NCBI GenBank assembly: GCA_963705305.1
Contig: OY970067.1
Span: 640,001 to 704,000 of the forward strand
Direction of reading: 5' to 3'
Length of the DNA stretch: 64,000 bases
Source: an uncultured Methylomirabilota bacterium
GTDB taxonomy: Bacteria > Methylomirabilota > Methylomirabilia > Methylomirabilales > 2-02-FULL-66-22
Shown here: one piece after another, positions 1 through 8,196 of the stretch
Layout: each line of letters begins with the position of its first letter
How positions within the stretch are numbered: position 1 is the stretch's first letter
The notes under the pieces: generated by a model
Databases searched by the model: none
What the model saw: the letters and a program-made list of their open reading frames with translations, nothing else
What the model was told of the DNA's origin: nothing
Translations under genes and position numbers: made by a program

Positions 1-1
1 C

Positions 2-871
2 GAGGCCGTAGACGTGGATATCAACCGGACGATTTACGACTACGACCTGATCCTCATCCTGGGCCCCGTGTTTCCCCACGAGGTCGTTGGGATCTCGGGC
101 GGGAACAAGTACCTCTTTCCCGGCATCTCCGGCGGTGATTTCCTCCACTTCTTCCACTGGCTGGGGGCGGTGATCACCTGCTGGAAGACCATCGGCTACA
201 AGCGCACGCCCGTGCGGGAGGTCGTGGACCGGGCGGCCCGGATGGTCCAGGTGCCCAGACACTGCCTGGCCATGGTGGTGGGACCCGAGAATACGCTGGC
301 CGGCCTCTTTGCGGGGAGTCCCGAGGACGCCTGGTCGGCGGCGGCCGACCTGTCGGCCCGCATCCACATCACCTACAAGGACCGGTCGTATCACACCGTT
401 CTGGGGCGCGCCCCCGAGATGTACGACGAGATCTGGGTCGCCGGCAAGGTCATGTACAAGCTGGAGCCGGTCGTGGCGGAAGGCGGCCGCCTCATCATCT
501 ACGGTCCGCACATCCGGGAGATTTCCTCGACCTGGGGCCCGCACCTCACGCGGATCGGCTATCACGTGCGGGACTACTTCCTGAAGCAGATGGACCGGTT
601 CTGCAACGTCCCCCGCGGCGTCCTGGCCCACTCCACCCACGTGAAGGGCCTGGGGGTTTACGAGAACGGCATCGAGACACCCCGGATCGAGGTCGCCCTG
701 GCCACCGCCATCCCCGAGGCGAAATGCCGCCAGGTGAACCTGGGGTACCTGGATCCCGCCTCCGTCCGCCTAGAGGAGTACAAGGGGCGTGAGGATCAGG
801 GGATCCTCTTCGTCGACCACGCCGGCGAGATCCTGCACCGCCTCGCCTCCGAGCGGGAAGGACGCGGCTGA
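2..871 (+). CDS. Lactate racemase (LarA/DUF2088) domain protein, 5'-truncated by window edge
   Basis: Frame is open from nt 2. Motifs PHEVVGISGGNKYLFPG and W..GKVMYKLEPVV.EGG.LIIY are typical of LarA-family nickel-pincer racemases/epimerases. Confidence 0.8.
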   Translation, partial: EAVDVDINRTIYDYDLILILGPVFPHEVVGISGGNKYLFPGISGGDFLHFFHWLGAVITCWKTIGYKRTPVREVVDRAARMVQVPRHCLAMVVGPENTLAGLFAGSPEDAWSAAADLSARIHITYKDRSYHTVLGRAPEMYDEIWVAGKVMYKLEPVVAEGGRLIIYGPHIREISSTWGPHLTRIGYHVRDYFLKQMDRFCNVPRGVLAHSTHVKGLGVYENGIETPRIEVALATAIPEAKCRQVNLGYLDPASVRLEEYKGREDQGILFVDHAGEILHRLASEREGRG

Positions 872-887
872 CGGCGGGATTCGCCGT
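871..887. terminator. Short hairpin between convergent larA-like and RLP genes
   Basis: acggcgg-gat-tcgccgt stem-loop lies in the short convergent spacer; no strong U-tract. Confidence 0.3.
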
Positions 888-898
888 TCGATGTTCCG

Positions 899-2053
899 TC
901 ACGGGAATGCCGCCCGGATAGCGTCCAGGAAGGCCGCCGTGCTCTGGGCGACGTTGGTCCGGTCCTTCAAGAGTGCCCCGCCGATCAAGAGAACCATATC
1001 CCGGCCGTAGGCCTCTGCCAGCTCCTGCACGCGCCCGGGCGTCATGCCGCCCGCGGGGCAGGGGAAGGCCGGCCGCAGCCCGCCCAGCGGCCGCCGAAGG
1101 GCGTCCGCCAGCTCCAGGCAGTCCTCCCGGCTGAAGGGAAACCGCCCTCCCCAGTTGGGAAACACCGAGACATCGCTGCCGATCAGCCGGAAGACCGTGC
1201 CCAGGAGGACCGCCGGCGTCATGCCGTGATCCGGATCGTGAAAGTGCGTGCCGGTCATCGCCGGGTGGGCCATGATGGCCAATCGATACCGCTCGGAGAG
1301 AGAGCGAACAGCGTCCGGCCCGACGAGGAGCGGCGCAATCAGGATTCCCCGCACCCCCTGGCCCACGGCGAACTGGATCTGCGCCTCCAGCTCGTCGAAC
1401 CGTCCTGAGATCATCGGAAGGTACAGCGCATTCCCGTTCGACCGGCTGTTGGCTCGCGCCACACTCTCCTGGCAGCGTGGGACCCGCTCCCGGAAGGGGT
1501 GAAACTGCTGATCGGCAATGCCGTGGTCGTCCTTGATGAGATCCGCTCCGCCGCAGGCGAAGTCCTCGGCCAGGGCGGCCAACTCCGCCGTAGTGAGCCC
1601 CATGGGCTTGAGCACCGCACAGGCCAGCGGCCGGCCGGCAACGCCGGTGAGCGTGCGCAGGCCGTCGATCCCAAAGGCGGGCCCGGGCCAGGCGGCCAGG
1701 AAGTTCTCTGGTAGGTCCAGGCCGACGATCTTGATATTGGACTTGAGCGAAATGTTGCCGAAGAGGACGTTCAGGAGTTGGGGGATGCTCCCGCCGACGA
1801 TGTCGCAGCGGTAGCTGATCTCGACGGCGTAGCTGTCGCGGGACCCGGCCAGGCGCTCGATCTGCTCGATCCGGCCGGTGATCCCCGCGTCATAGATTTT
1901 CTGGGGAATGCAGTCGGGCGGGGTCTCGACCGTCTGCTCGATGGCGATATCCGCGGCGTGCTCCTCGATCGTTCGACCGTCTCCCACGCGGATCCGGTAG
2001 GCGACGATGAACCGGTTGCCCGGGGGCGTGCCGGAACCGGACGGACTTCCCAT
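899..2053 (-). CDS. RuBisCO-like protein (form IV RLP)
   Basis: RuBisCO large-subunit motifs LKPMG, DLIKDDHGIADQ, MAHP, PAGG, IGGA. The KDDH variant and missing K177/R295/K334 equivalents indicate a non-carboxylating RLP. Confidence 0.9.
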   Translation of the reverse strand: MGSPSGSGTPPGNRFIVAYRIRVGDGRTIEEHAADIAIEQTVETPPDCIPQKIYDAGITGRIEQIERLAGSRDSYAVEISYRCDIVGGSIPQLLNVLFGNISLKSNIKIVGLDLPENFLAAWPGPAFGIDGLRTLTGVAGRPLACAVLKPMGLTTAELAALAEDFACGGADLIKDDHGIADQQFHPFRERVPRCQESVARANSRSNGNALYLPMISGRFDELEAQIQFAVGQGVRGILIAPLLVGPDAVRSLSERYRLAIMAHPAMTGTHFHDPDHGMTPAVLLGTVFRLIGSDVSVFPNWGGRFPFSREDCLELADALRRPLGGLRPAFPCPAGGMTPGRVQELAEAYGRDMVLLIGGALLKDRTNVAQSTAAFLDAIRAAFP

Positions 2054-2156
2054 GACGCCTCCTCTGTGGGATGTTCCCGCGCTGTTCGGATGCCGGCCCG
2101 GCAGGAAATCCCGAGCCCACCTCTCTGATCCGGACCGACCTGCCGGCCGATTCGCC

Positions 2157-2987
2157 TTACTCCAGTGCTGCGGCGAGCGCCGTTAGGGACTGGAAGATCA
2201 TGGTCCGGATCAGCTCCAGTGGAGGGATCTCCGGTGTCCGCCAGCGCGGCTCAAAATCGCGCGAGCGCTGGCGGGGCGACAGCTCGTAGCTCACGGGCAC
2301 GCCGGGCAGCTTTTCCTTCAGGACGCGGGCGGCCGCCGGGAGGTCCAGCGCCCCATCCCCCAGGGCAACCCACCGCAGCATCCCGTCCTCGATCTTGGGC
2401 GTTTTGACGTGAACATGGGCCACCACCGGCGCCAGCAGCGACAGCTCCGCCACAGGGTCCAGCGTCCCCTTGGAGTAATACCAGGCGTTCCCGGTGTCGT
2501 AGTTCACCCGCACCACCGGGTGGTCGACCGCCCGGATGAAGTCCAGAATCTGCCGGTCCCGGTCCAGGAGATCCCCGTGATTCTCCAGCGCCAGCACCAG
2601 CCCCAGCCCCTCCGCGTGCCCGGCGATGGTCGGGATGTTCTTCCGAAACCCTTCCAGGTGCCCCGCCGGGCCGGCGATCGTGTTCACCACCGAGGCCCCG
2701 ATGGCCCGGGCGAACTCCAGGCGGCGGCGGAACCGCTCCACCGAGTTTGGCTGGGTGAGATCCATGTGGGCGGAGAGCGAGACGCAGCGCTGACCGCGCG
2801 CCGCCAGGAGCCCCCGCAGCCAGGCCGCCTGCGCCTCGCAGAAGTCGGCCTCCACCAGGTGCTGGAAGATCTTGTCCACGCTGGCCGGCTCCACGATCTT
2901 CACCCCCAGCGCCGCCAATTCGTCCAGGGCCACTTCCAGCGAGTAGCCGTCGAAGGCCATCGTGCTGACGGACACGATACGATCCAC
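2157..2987 (-). CDS. Sugar phosphate isomerase/epimerase (xylose-isomerase-like TIM barrel)
   Basis: LENHG, NYDTGN, HVHVK, LGDG, YE metal-binding motifs. GTG start chosen after aggaga RBS. Confidence 0.85.
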   Translation of the reverse strand: MDRIVSVSTMAFDGYSLEVALDELAALGVKIVEPASVDKIFQHLVEADFCEAQAAWLRGLLAARGQRCVSLSAHMDLTQPNSVERFRRRLEFARAIGASVVNTIAGPAGHLEGFRKNIPTIAGHAEGLGLVLALENHGDLLDRDRQILDFIRAVDHPVVRVNYDTGNAWYYSKGTLDPVAELSLLAPVVAHVHVKTPKIEDGMLRWVALGDGALDLPAAARVLKEKLPGVPVSYELSPRQRSRDFEPRWRTPEIPPLELIRTMIFQSLTALAAALE

Positions 2988-3013
2988 AGGTGGTCTCCTG
3001 CTGGCAACGCTCC

Positions 3014-4906
3014 TCAATTGGCCATGTGCAGCATCCGAGGCACCATTAGGCTGAACCATGGAACAAAGGTGACCGCGAGCATACCGAAGAAGAGAACAAT
3101 CAAGTACGGGATCATGCGCCTGGTGATCTCTTCCATGCTCGTCTCAGCTATGCCGCAGGTAACGTAAATTCCGATGCCGATCGGGGGGGTGAAGGTCCCA
3201 AATCCCATGGCAATGATGAGGACAATACCATATTGCAGCGGGTGAATCCCCAGCTTGACCGCTATCGGCATCAGCATCGGCGCGAATATCAACAGCGCCG
3301 GGAGTCCCTCGAGAAGCGCTCCCGTGACGACAAGGGTGATTACTGACCCCAACAAGAAGAGCCAGGCTTGGCCGCCCACGGCCAGGAGCGCGGAGCCAAT
3401 CTTGTCTGGCAAGTTCACGACCGCTAAGGACCAGGAGAATCCGAAGGCGGCGCTAATAATGAACAAGATCATCCCTGAGGTTGTGCAAGTCTGGACCACA
3501 GTTACCCAGAACGACCGCACCCCCATTTCCTGATAAAAGATCACTGCCAGAGCCAGCGCATAGATAACAGCCGCGGATGATATTTCCGTGGGAGTCGCTA
3601 CTCCGGCCATGATGCCACCAATCAGGAAAATCGGTACAGCAAGCGATGGAAGGGCGATCAGCGTTGCACGCACCGCCTCCTTCGCCGGCACCTTCATGCC
3701 GGCTGGCATATCGAACTTGCGGGCACGGATGTGAATGAGAATCATGAGCCACACTGCCATGAAAGCGGCTGGCAGCAGACCGGCCATGAACAAAGCCCCG
3801 ACCGACAGTGCCGTGATCGATCCCAAAACCAGCATCGGGAAGCTCGGCGGAACTGTCTCCCCCATGATGGCGGACGCAGCCAGGACGGCTGCCGCTTCGC
3901 TCATGTCGTATCCGCCCCTTCGCAGCATCCCTTTCATCGAGGAACCGACCGCCGCCACATCGGCGACCTTGGAACCGGAAATCCCGGACACAATGTACAT
4001 AGCCACGACAATAACCTGCAACAACCCGCCTGGCAAACGACCGATCATGGCGATGACACATTCCGCCAGCCGACGGCTCAGCCCGCCCTCGGTCATGATA
4101 AACCCGGCGTAGACAAAGAACGGGATGGTAAGAAGTACATACCCCAAAATGCCGCCGTACATAGTCTGGGGCACCGATTTGATGGGGGCTTGCCCTGAAA
4201 GATAGAGGAATAACATCGCTGTCATCGCCAACACAAAGCCGATGGGGACACCGATGGCGAGCAAAACGAAAAATGCGCCGAACGTCAGCCACAGGGCCAA
4301 CGCATGCACACCCCAAGGGCCCGACAAGTTCCGGGCCGTGATGAGTACGGTAAGCAACGCGGCTACCGTGATGCCTGCGGCGATCATGCTCCGCCTTGGC
4401 CGAGCCCACAACTTCTGGACAGCGATGACTGCCATCAAGGCCATCCCGACAGGCAGTGGAACCATGAACCAGGCTTCTGGCATGCCGATGATCGGTGATA
4501 GCATCTCCCAACGCGATTTCACCAGGGGAAGTGAGAGCCAGCCGATCATGGCGGCGAGAATGAGGATGAGGTAGTCTACCGCGGCCGCAAGGAACCGCTG
4601 CCAGCCCTCCGGAAACCGTTGCGTGATCACCTCGACAGCCATGTGCTTGTTCCGCGCGTAGGCAACTGCTCCTCCGATAAAGGCAAGCATCGTTAACGTG
4701 ATCATCGAGATTTCCTGCCCCCAGATGGTCTGGTAACCAAACGCATATCTCGTGACCACATTCGTGAACATGATGACCAACTGTCCAAGAAGCGCGACGA
4801 CCACCAGCACGTCGAGCAGTAGAATGATCCGTCGCCAGACCCAGCCGAGGGCCCCTGCAGCAACAAATGCCGCGGGCAGTGGGCCGTCCACGTTCACCTT
4901 GGACAC
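3014..4906 (-). CDS. dctM: TRAP transporter fused small/large permease (DctQ-DctM)
   Basis: N-terminal DctQ-like helices (VVTRY..W.QE), then DctM motifs (IPFFVYAG.IM, SGISGS..AD, PPS, TPTE, TPP.G). Confidence 0.92.
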   Translation of the reverse strand: MSKVNVDGPLPAAFVAAGALGWVWRRIILLLDVLVVVALLGQLVIMFTNVVTRYAFGYQTIWGQEISMITLTMLAFIGGAVAYARNKHMAVEVITQRFPEGWQRFLAAAVDYLILILAAMIGWLSLPLVKSRWEMLSPIIGMPEAWFMVPLPVGMALMAVIAVQKLWARPRRSMIAAGITVAALLTVLITARNLSGPWGVHALALWLTFGAFFVLLAIGVPIGFVLAMTAMLFLYLSGQAPIKSVPQTMYGGILGYVLLTIPFFVYAGFIMTEGGLSRRLAECVIAMIGRLPGGLLQVIVVAMYIVSGISGSKVADVAAVGSSMKGMLRRGGYDMSEAAAVLAASAIMGETVPPSFPMLVLGSITALSVGALFMAGLLPAAFMAVWLMILIHIRARKFDMPAGMKVPAKEAVRATLIALPSLAVPIFLIGGIMAGVATPTEISSAAVIYALALAVIFYQEMGVRSFWVTVVQTCTTSGMILFIISAAFGFSWSLAVVNLPDKIGSALLAVGGQAWLFLLGSVITLVVTGALLEGLPALLIFAPMLMPIAVKLGIHPLQYGIVLIIAMGFGTFTPPIGIGIYVTCGIAETSMEEITRRMIPYLIVLFFGMLAVTFVPWFSLMVPRMLHMAN

Positions 4907-4988
4907 TTCGACCTCCTGCTGGAGCAGCTATGCGGTGGAGGCGGTCTGCGCACTCTCACCCCCGGATTGGCATCAGTCCGCGATGCTC

Positions 4989-5024
4989 CGCGCCCGCGAC
5001 TGAGCGCGCTCAGCCGCGGGCGCG
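4989..5024. repeat. 36-nt near-perfect palindrome between dctP and dctQM
   Basis: cgcgcccgcg-a-ctgagcg|cgctcag-c-cgcgggcgcg; the single mismatch is a G-U pair on the minus-strand transcript. Confidence 0.75.
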
Positions 5025-5069
5025 ACATCCAGGTGGGAGCTACATTCGGCGGGGACGCCCCAGAACTCG

Positions 5070-6065
5070 TTACTTGGTTGCCTCAATCTCCTCGATGAAC
5101 TTCTTAGCGTCGGCCCCGTACAGTTTTGCGTATTCGGCGTACAGCGGCTTGACTTTCTCCATGAACGCCTGCTTGTCGACTTGATTGACCTGCATCCCAA
5201 CGTCCTTCAGCGCATTTACCAACTTGGTGTCTTCCGACCAGGTGTAGTCGCGCTGGAATTTTCCGGCCTCAATCGCAGACTCCTCAGTCAACTTCTGAAT
5301 ATCGGCCGGCAGCTTGTCCCACAGGGGACCGCTATACATGAACATGTGGACCAAGAATTGGTGTCCCGTCAGTGAGAGGTACTTCTGTGCCTCGTATAGC
5401 TTCGAGCGATAAATGTTAGACGGAGGATTTTCCTGGCCGTCAAATACACCTTGCTTCAAGGCCATGTAGACCTCCGTGAAGGGCAGCGGAGCGGGATTCG
5501 CCCCCAACGCTTTGAATGTGTCGATGTTGACCTTCGACTCTGGAACGCGGATCTTGAGGCCCTTCAGATCGTCCGGCTTATAGATGGGGCGCACGTTGTT
5601 GGTTACGTAGCGCAATCCGGCCTCCCAGAATGCCATCACGTGGACCCCCTTCTTGTCGACCCGGTCTTTGATCTGGGCACCGATCGGTCCGTCGACCACC
5701 CGATAGGCATGATCACGGTCGCGGAACAGGTACGGCAACTCGAAAATGTTCAACAGGGGATCATACGCGGAGTAAAAGCCGATCGTGACCATGGTGATTT
5801 CCAGCGTGCCCGAGCGCAATGCCTCGACAAAGTCCCGCTGCGAGCCGAGCTGGCCAGCGGGATGGACCTGAACCTCTACTCGGCCGTTGCTCTTCTTCTC
5901 GAGGATCTCCTTGAACTTGTTGGCACCGACGTTCTCCGGATGGTCGGGTGCGGTACCGGTGGCGACCCTCATGATGATCTTGTCGGCAGCTAGACCTGTC
6001 CCTGATGCGACCCATATCATTGAGATAACGGCTACGGCGACCGCCAGTGCTAATCCCTTCTTCAT
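5070..6065 (-). CDS. dctP: TRAP transporter substrate-binding protein DctP
   Basis: Signal peptide; GQLG, DLKGLKIRVP, EVYMALKQGVFDGQENP motifs with the conserved carboxylate-binding Arg. Confidence 0.95.
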   Translation of the reverse strand: MKKGLALAVAVAVISMIWVASGTGLAADKIIMRVATGTAPDHPENVGANKFKEILEKKSNGRVEVQVHPAGQLGSQRDFVEALRSGTLEITMVTIGFYSAYDPLLNIFELPYLFRDRDHAYRVVDGPIGAQIKDRVDKKGVHVMAFWEAGLRYVTNNVRPIYKPDDLKGLKIRVPESKVNIDTFKALGANPAPLPFTEVYMALKQGVFDGQENPPSNIYRSKLYEAQKYLSLTGHQFLVHMFMYSGPLWDKLPADIQKLTEESAIEAGKFQRDYTWSEDTKLVNALKDVGMQVNQVDKQAFMEKVKPLYAEYAKLYGADAKKFIEEIEATK

Positions 6066-6160
6066 GTGCCTCCTCCTGTCATCTAAGAACCCACCAAGGG
6101 CGCGTGCAAATCTCTCATGTGCAATGCAGGACCTCGGTCCCCTCCCCGCCTCCTCGATGT

Positions 6161-6909
6161 TCAGCGATCTGCTTGCGGAAACCGCGCGGGCGAGCGCTCG
6201 AAGAGCTTGGCGTCATGGCCGGGAAGCACGTGGTCCGCCTTCCGGGCGATCCGGGCCATGGAGGTCATGCAGTCGATCATGGAGGTGTGAATGCCGGCGG
6301 GATCTGGCGCTCCAGGTTCTCGTACCACATGACCGCGTCCCCGGCGATGCAATAGAGCCCTTTTGCGGTCTCCACCAGGACCGACTGGTGGCCCGGCGTG
6401 TGGCCCGGCGTGGCGATCACCCGGACCCCCTCCGCGATCTCCGCGTCCCCGTCCAGCAGCTCGAATTTTGTCCCCAGGAAATCGGGGGTGATCCCCAGGC
6501 TGGGCGCGAAGTACGCCGAGGCATCGAAGCTGGTCGGCGCCAGGGCGTATCGCAGCTCCTCCCGCTGGACGAAAAATCGCGCCCGGGGGAACAGGCGGTT
6601 GTTGCCGCAGTGGTCGTAGTGCAGGTGAGTGTGGATGACGATGGCAATCTCTTCCGGGCGAGCGGCGGCGGCGGCCAAGGCCGACGCCACCTCCTGGGAC
6701 GGGGTCCGCACAATCTTCCGGCGGCGGACCTCCCAGGTCCTCTCCACCGACTGGAAGCTGGTGTCCACCAGGATCTTCTGCGGCCCCTCGATCAAGGCGA
6801 TGGGGACGGGGATCTCGATCCGCTGGCCCATGTCGGTCAGATAGGTCATGTATCCCTTGTCCTGGGTCTGCGTCCCCGTATCCAGCATCGTGATCGTCCA
6901 CTCGCTCAC
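6161..6909 (-). pseudogene. N-acyl homoserine lactonase-family metallo-beta-lactamase-fold hydrolase, frameshifted near 6295
   Basis: THLHYDHCGN, TPGHTPGH and AGDA are in one frame. The C-terminus GIHTS...HVLPGHD is in another frame ending at 6161. One base is missing at ccgccg|gcatt. Confidence 0.8.
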
Positions 6910-6928
6910 GCCAGGCCCCCCTCAGTCC

Positions 6929-7026
6929 ATGCAATTGAAAACCGACAACGGACAACCGACAACCGGCCAACTGCGGCTTGCTCAGTTTTGCATTGTCAGT
7001 TGCCCGTTTTTCATTTTCCATTTTCC
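6929..7026. repeat. Heptamer-periodic imperfect inverted repeat (copy A)
   Basis: Left arm aaccgac-aacggac-aaccgac-aaccggc; right arm ttttgca-ttgtcag-ttgcccg-tttttca-ttttcca-ttttcc. Confidence 0.7.
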
Positions 7027-7044
7027 GCGCTGTCAGCCATGGGG

Positions 7045-7857
7045 CTACGGCACCTGCGCCCCGGACGAGACCCGCGGCGTTCCCTCTGCCGTGTAGCCAC
7101 CGTCCACGTAGAGCACGGCCCCCGTAATGTATCGGGCAGCGTCCGAAGCCAGGAATGCCACGGCCTGCCCGATGTCCCCGGGCTCGCCGATCATGCCCCA
7201 GGGTACCCGGGCCAGCACGGCCTGGCGCAGCGCAATATCCTCCGGCCGCGTGCTCTTGTACAGGGGGATGTTGATGTCGGTGCTGATGGTCCCTGAGGCA
7301 ACCACGTTCACGTTGATCCGGTGGGGGGCCAGCTCCACGGCCAGCTGCTTGCTGAACATGTCGATGGCCGCCTTGGTGGCGCAGTAGGGACCCATGGCCG
7401 CCTTGGCCACGCGGCCGTGGATGGACGAGATGCTGACGATCTTCCCCCCGCCGCCCCGCGCCACCATGTGCCTCCCCGCCAGCCGCGAGCAGTGGAAGCA
7501 GCCGTAGAAGTTGATGTGGACCACCCGGTCCCACTCCTCCAGCGAGACGTCCAGGATGGGCTTCCGGCTGACGATCCCGGCATTGTTGACGAGGATGTCG
7601 ATCCGGCCGAACCGCTCCAGCGTGGCCGCCACCAGCCGCTCCGCATCCGGGTAGCTGCCCACATCGGCCTGGATGGGGACGGCTTCCCCTCCGGCGTCCC
7701 GGATCGCCCGCACGGTCTCGTCAGCGGCGTCGGCCCGGCTCGCGTAATTGACCGCGACTCGGGCTCCTTCCCGGGCCAGCGTCAGCGCGATCCCCCGCCC
7801 GATGCCCCGCGCCGCCCCAGTCACCAATGCGACCTTTCCTTGCAACTGAAGATCCAT
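7045..7857 (-). CDS. Short-chain dehydrogenase/reductase (SDR)
   Basis: TGAARGIG, LVNNAG, YCATK, ITG..LYVDGG motifs. Confidence 0.95.
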   Translation of the reverse strand: MDLQLQGKVALVTGAARGIGRGIALTLAREGARVAVNYASRADAADETVRAIRDAGGEAVPIQADVGSYPDAERLVAATLERFGRIDILVNNAGIVSRKPILDVSLEEWDRVVHINFYGCFHCSRLAGRHMVARGGGGKIVSISSIHGRVAKAAMGPYCATKAAIDMFSKQLAVELAPHRINVNVVASGTISTDINIPLYKSTRPEDIALRQAVLARVPWGMIGEPGDIGQAVAFLASDAARYITGAVLYVDGGYTAEGTPRVSSGAQVP

Positions 7858-8196
7858 AGGTTCTTTCTCCGCCCCTCGTCCCCGCCCCGGCGTCCGCGTA
7901 CGAAGGGGTGGCCCAACAGCGTGGACCGCATTCTGCTACAGGTTCTATGGCAATCGCAACTGTTTCGAGTCGAGTATAAAAAATGAGAGTCGCCTCAACA
8001 TAGGTAGGAGCAGGGTGTCTGATGCTCCGCCTGCCTACGGCAGTGCCGACCCGGCCGACATGGGCCTCCCGGGGGACTCTGGATCCGAGAGAAGCAGTCG
8101 GACGACGGGCTGTCGTTGGAAGGAGGGATCTGCCTTGACAACACGAAAACGACCGGATCCCCCGCTGCCAGGGAACAGACAAGGCCCTCTCCGGCT

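Noticed and set aside
899..2053. CO2-fixing RuBisCO
   Set aside because: Key carboxylase residues are substituted, and no small subunit or phosphoribulokinase gene is nearby.
6929..7026. Heptamer repeats as a mini-CRISPR
   Set aside because: Units are 7 nt, degenerate and lack unique spacers.
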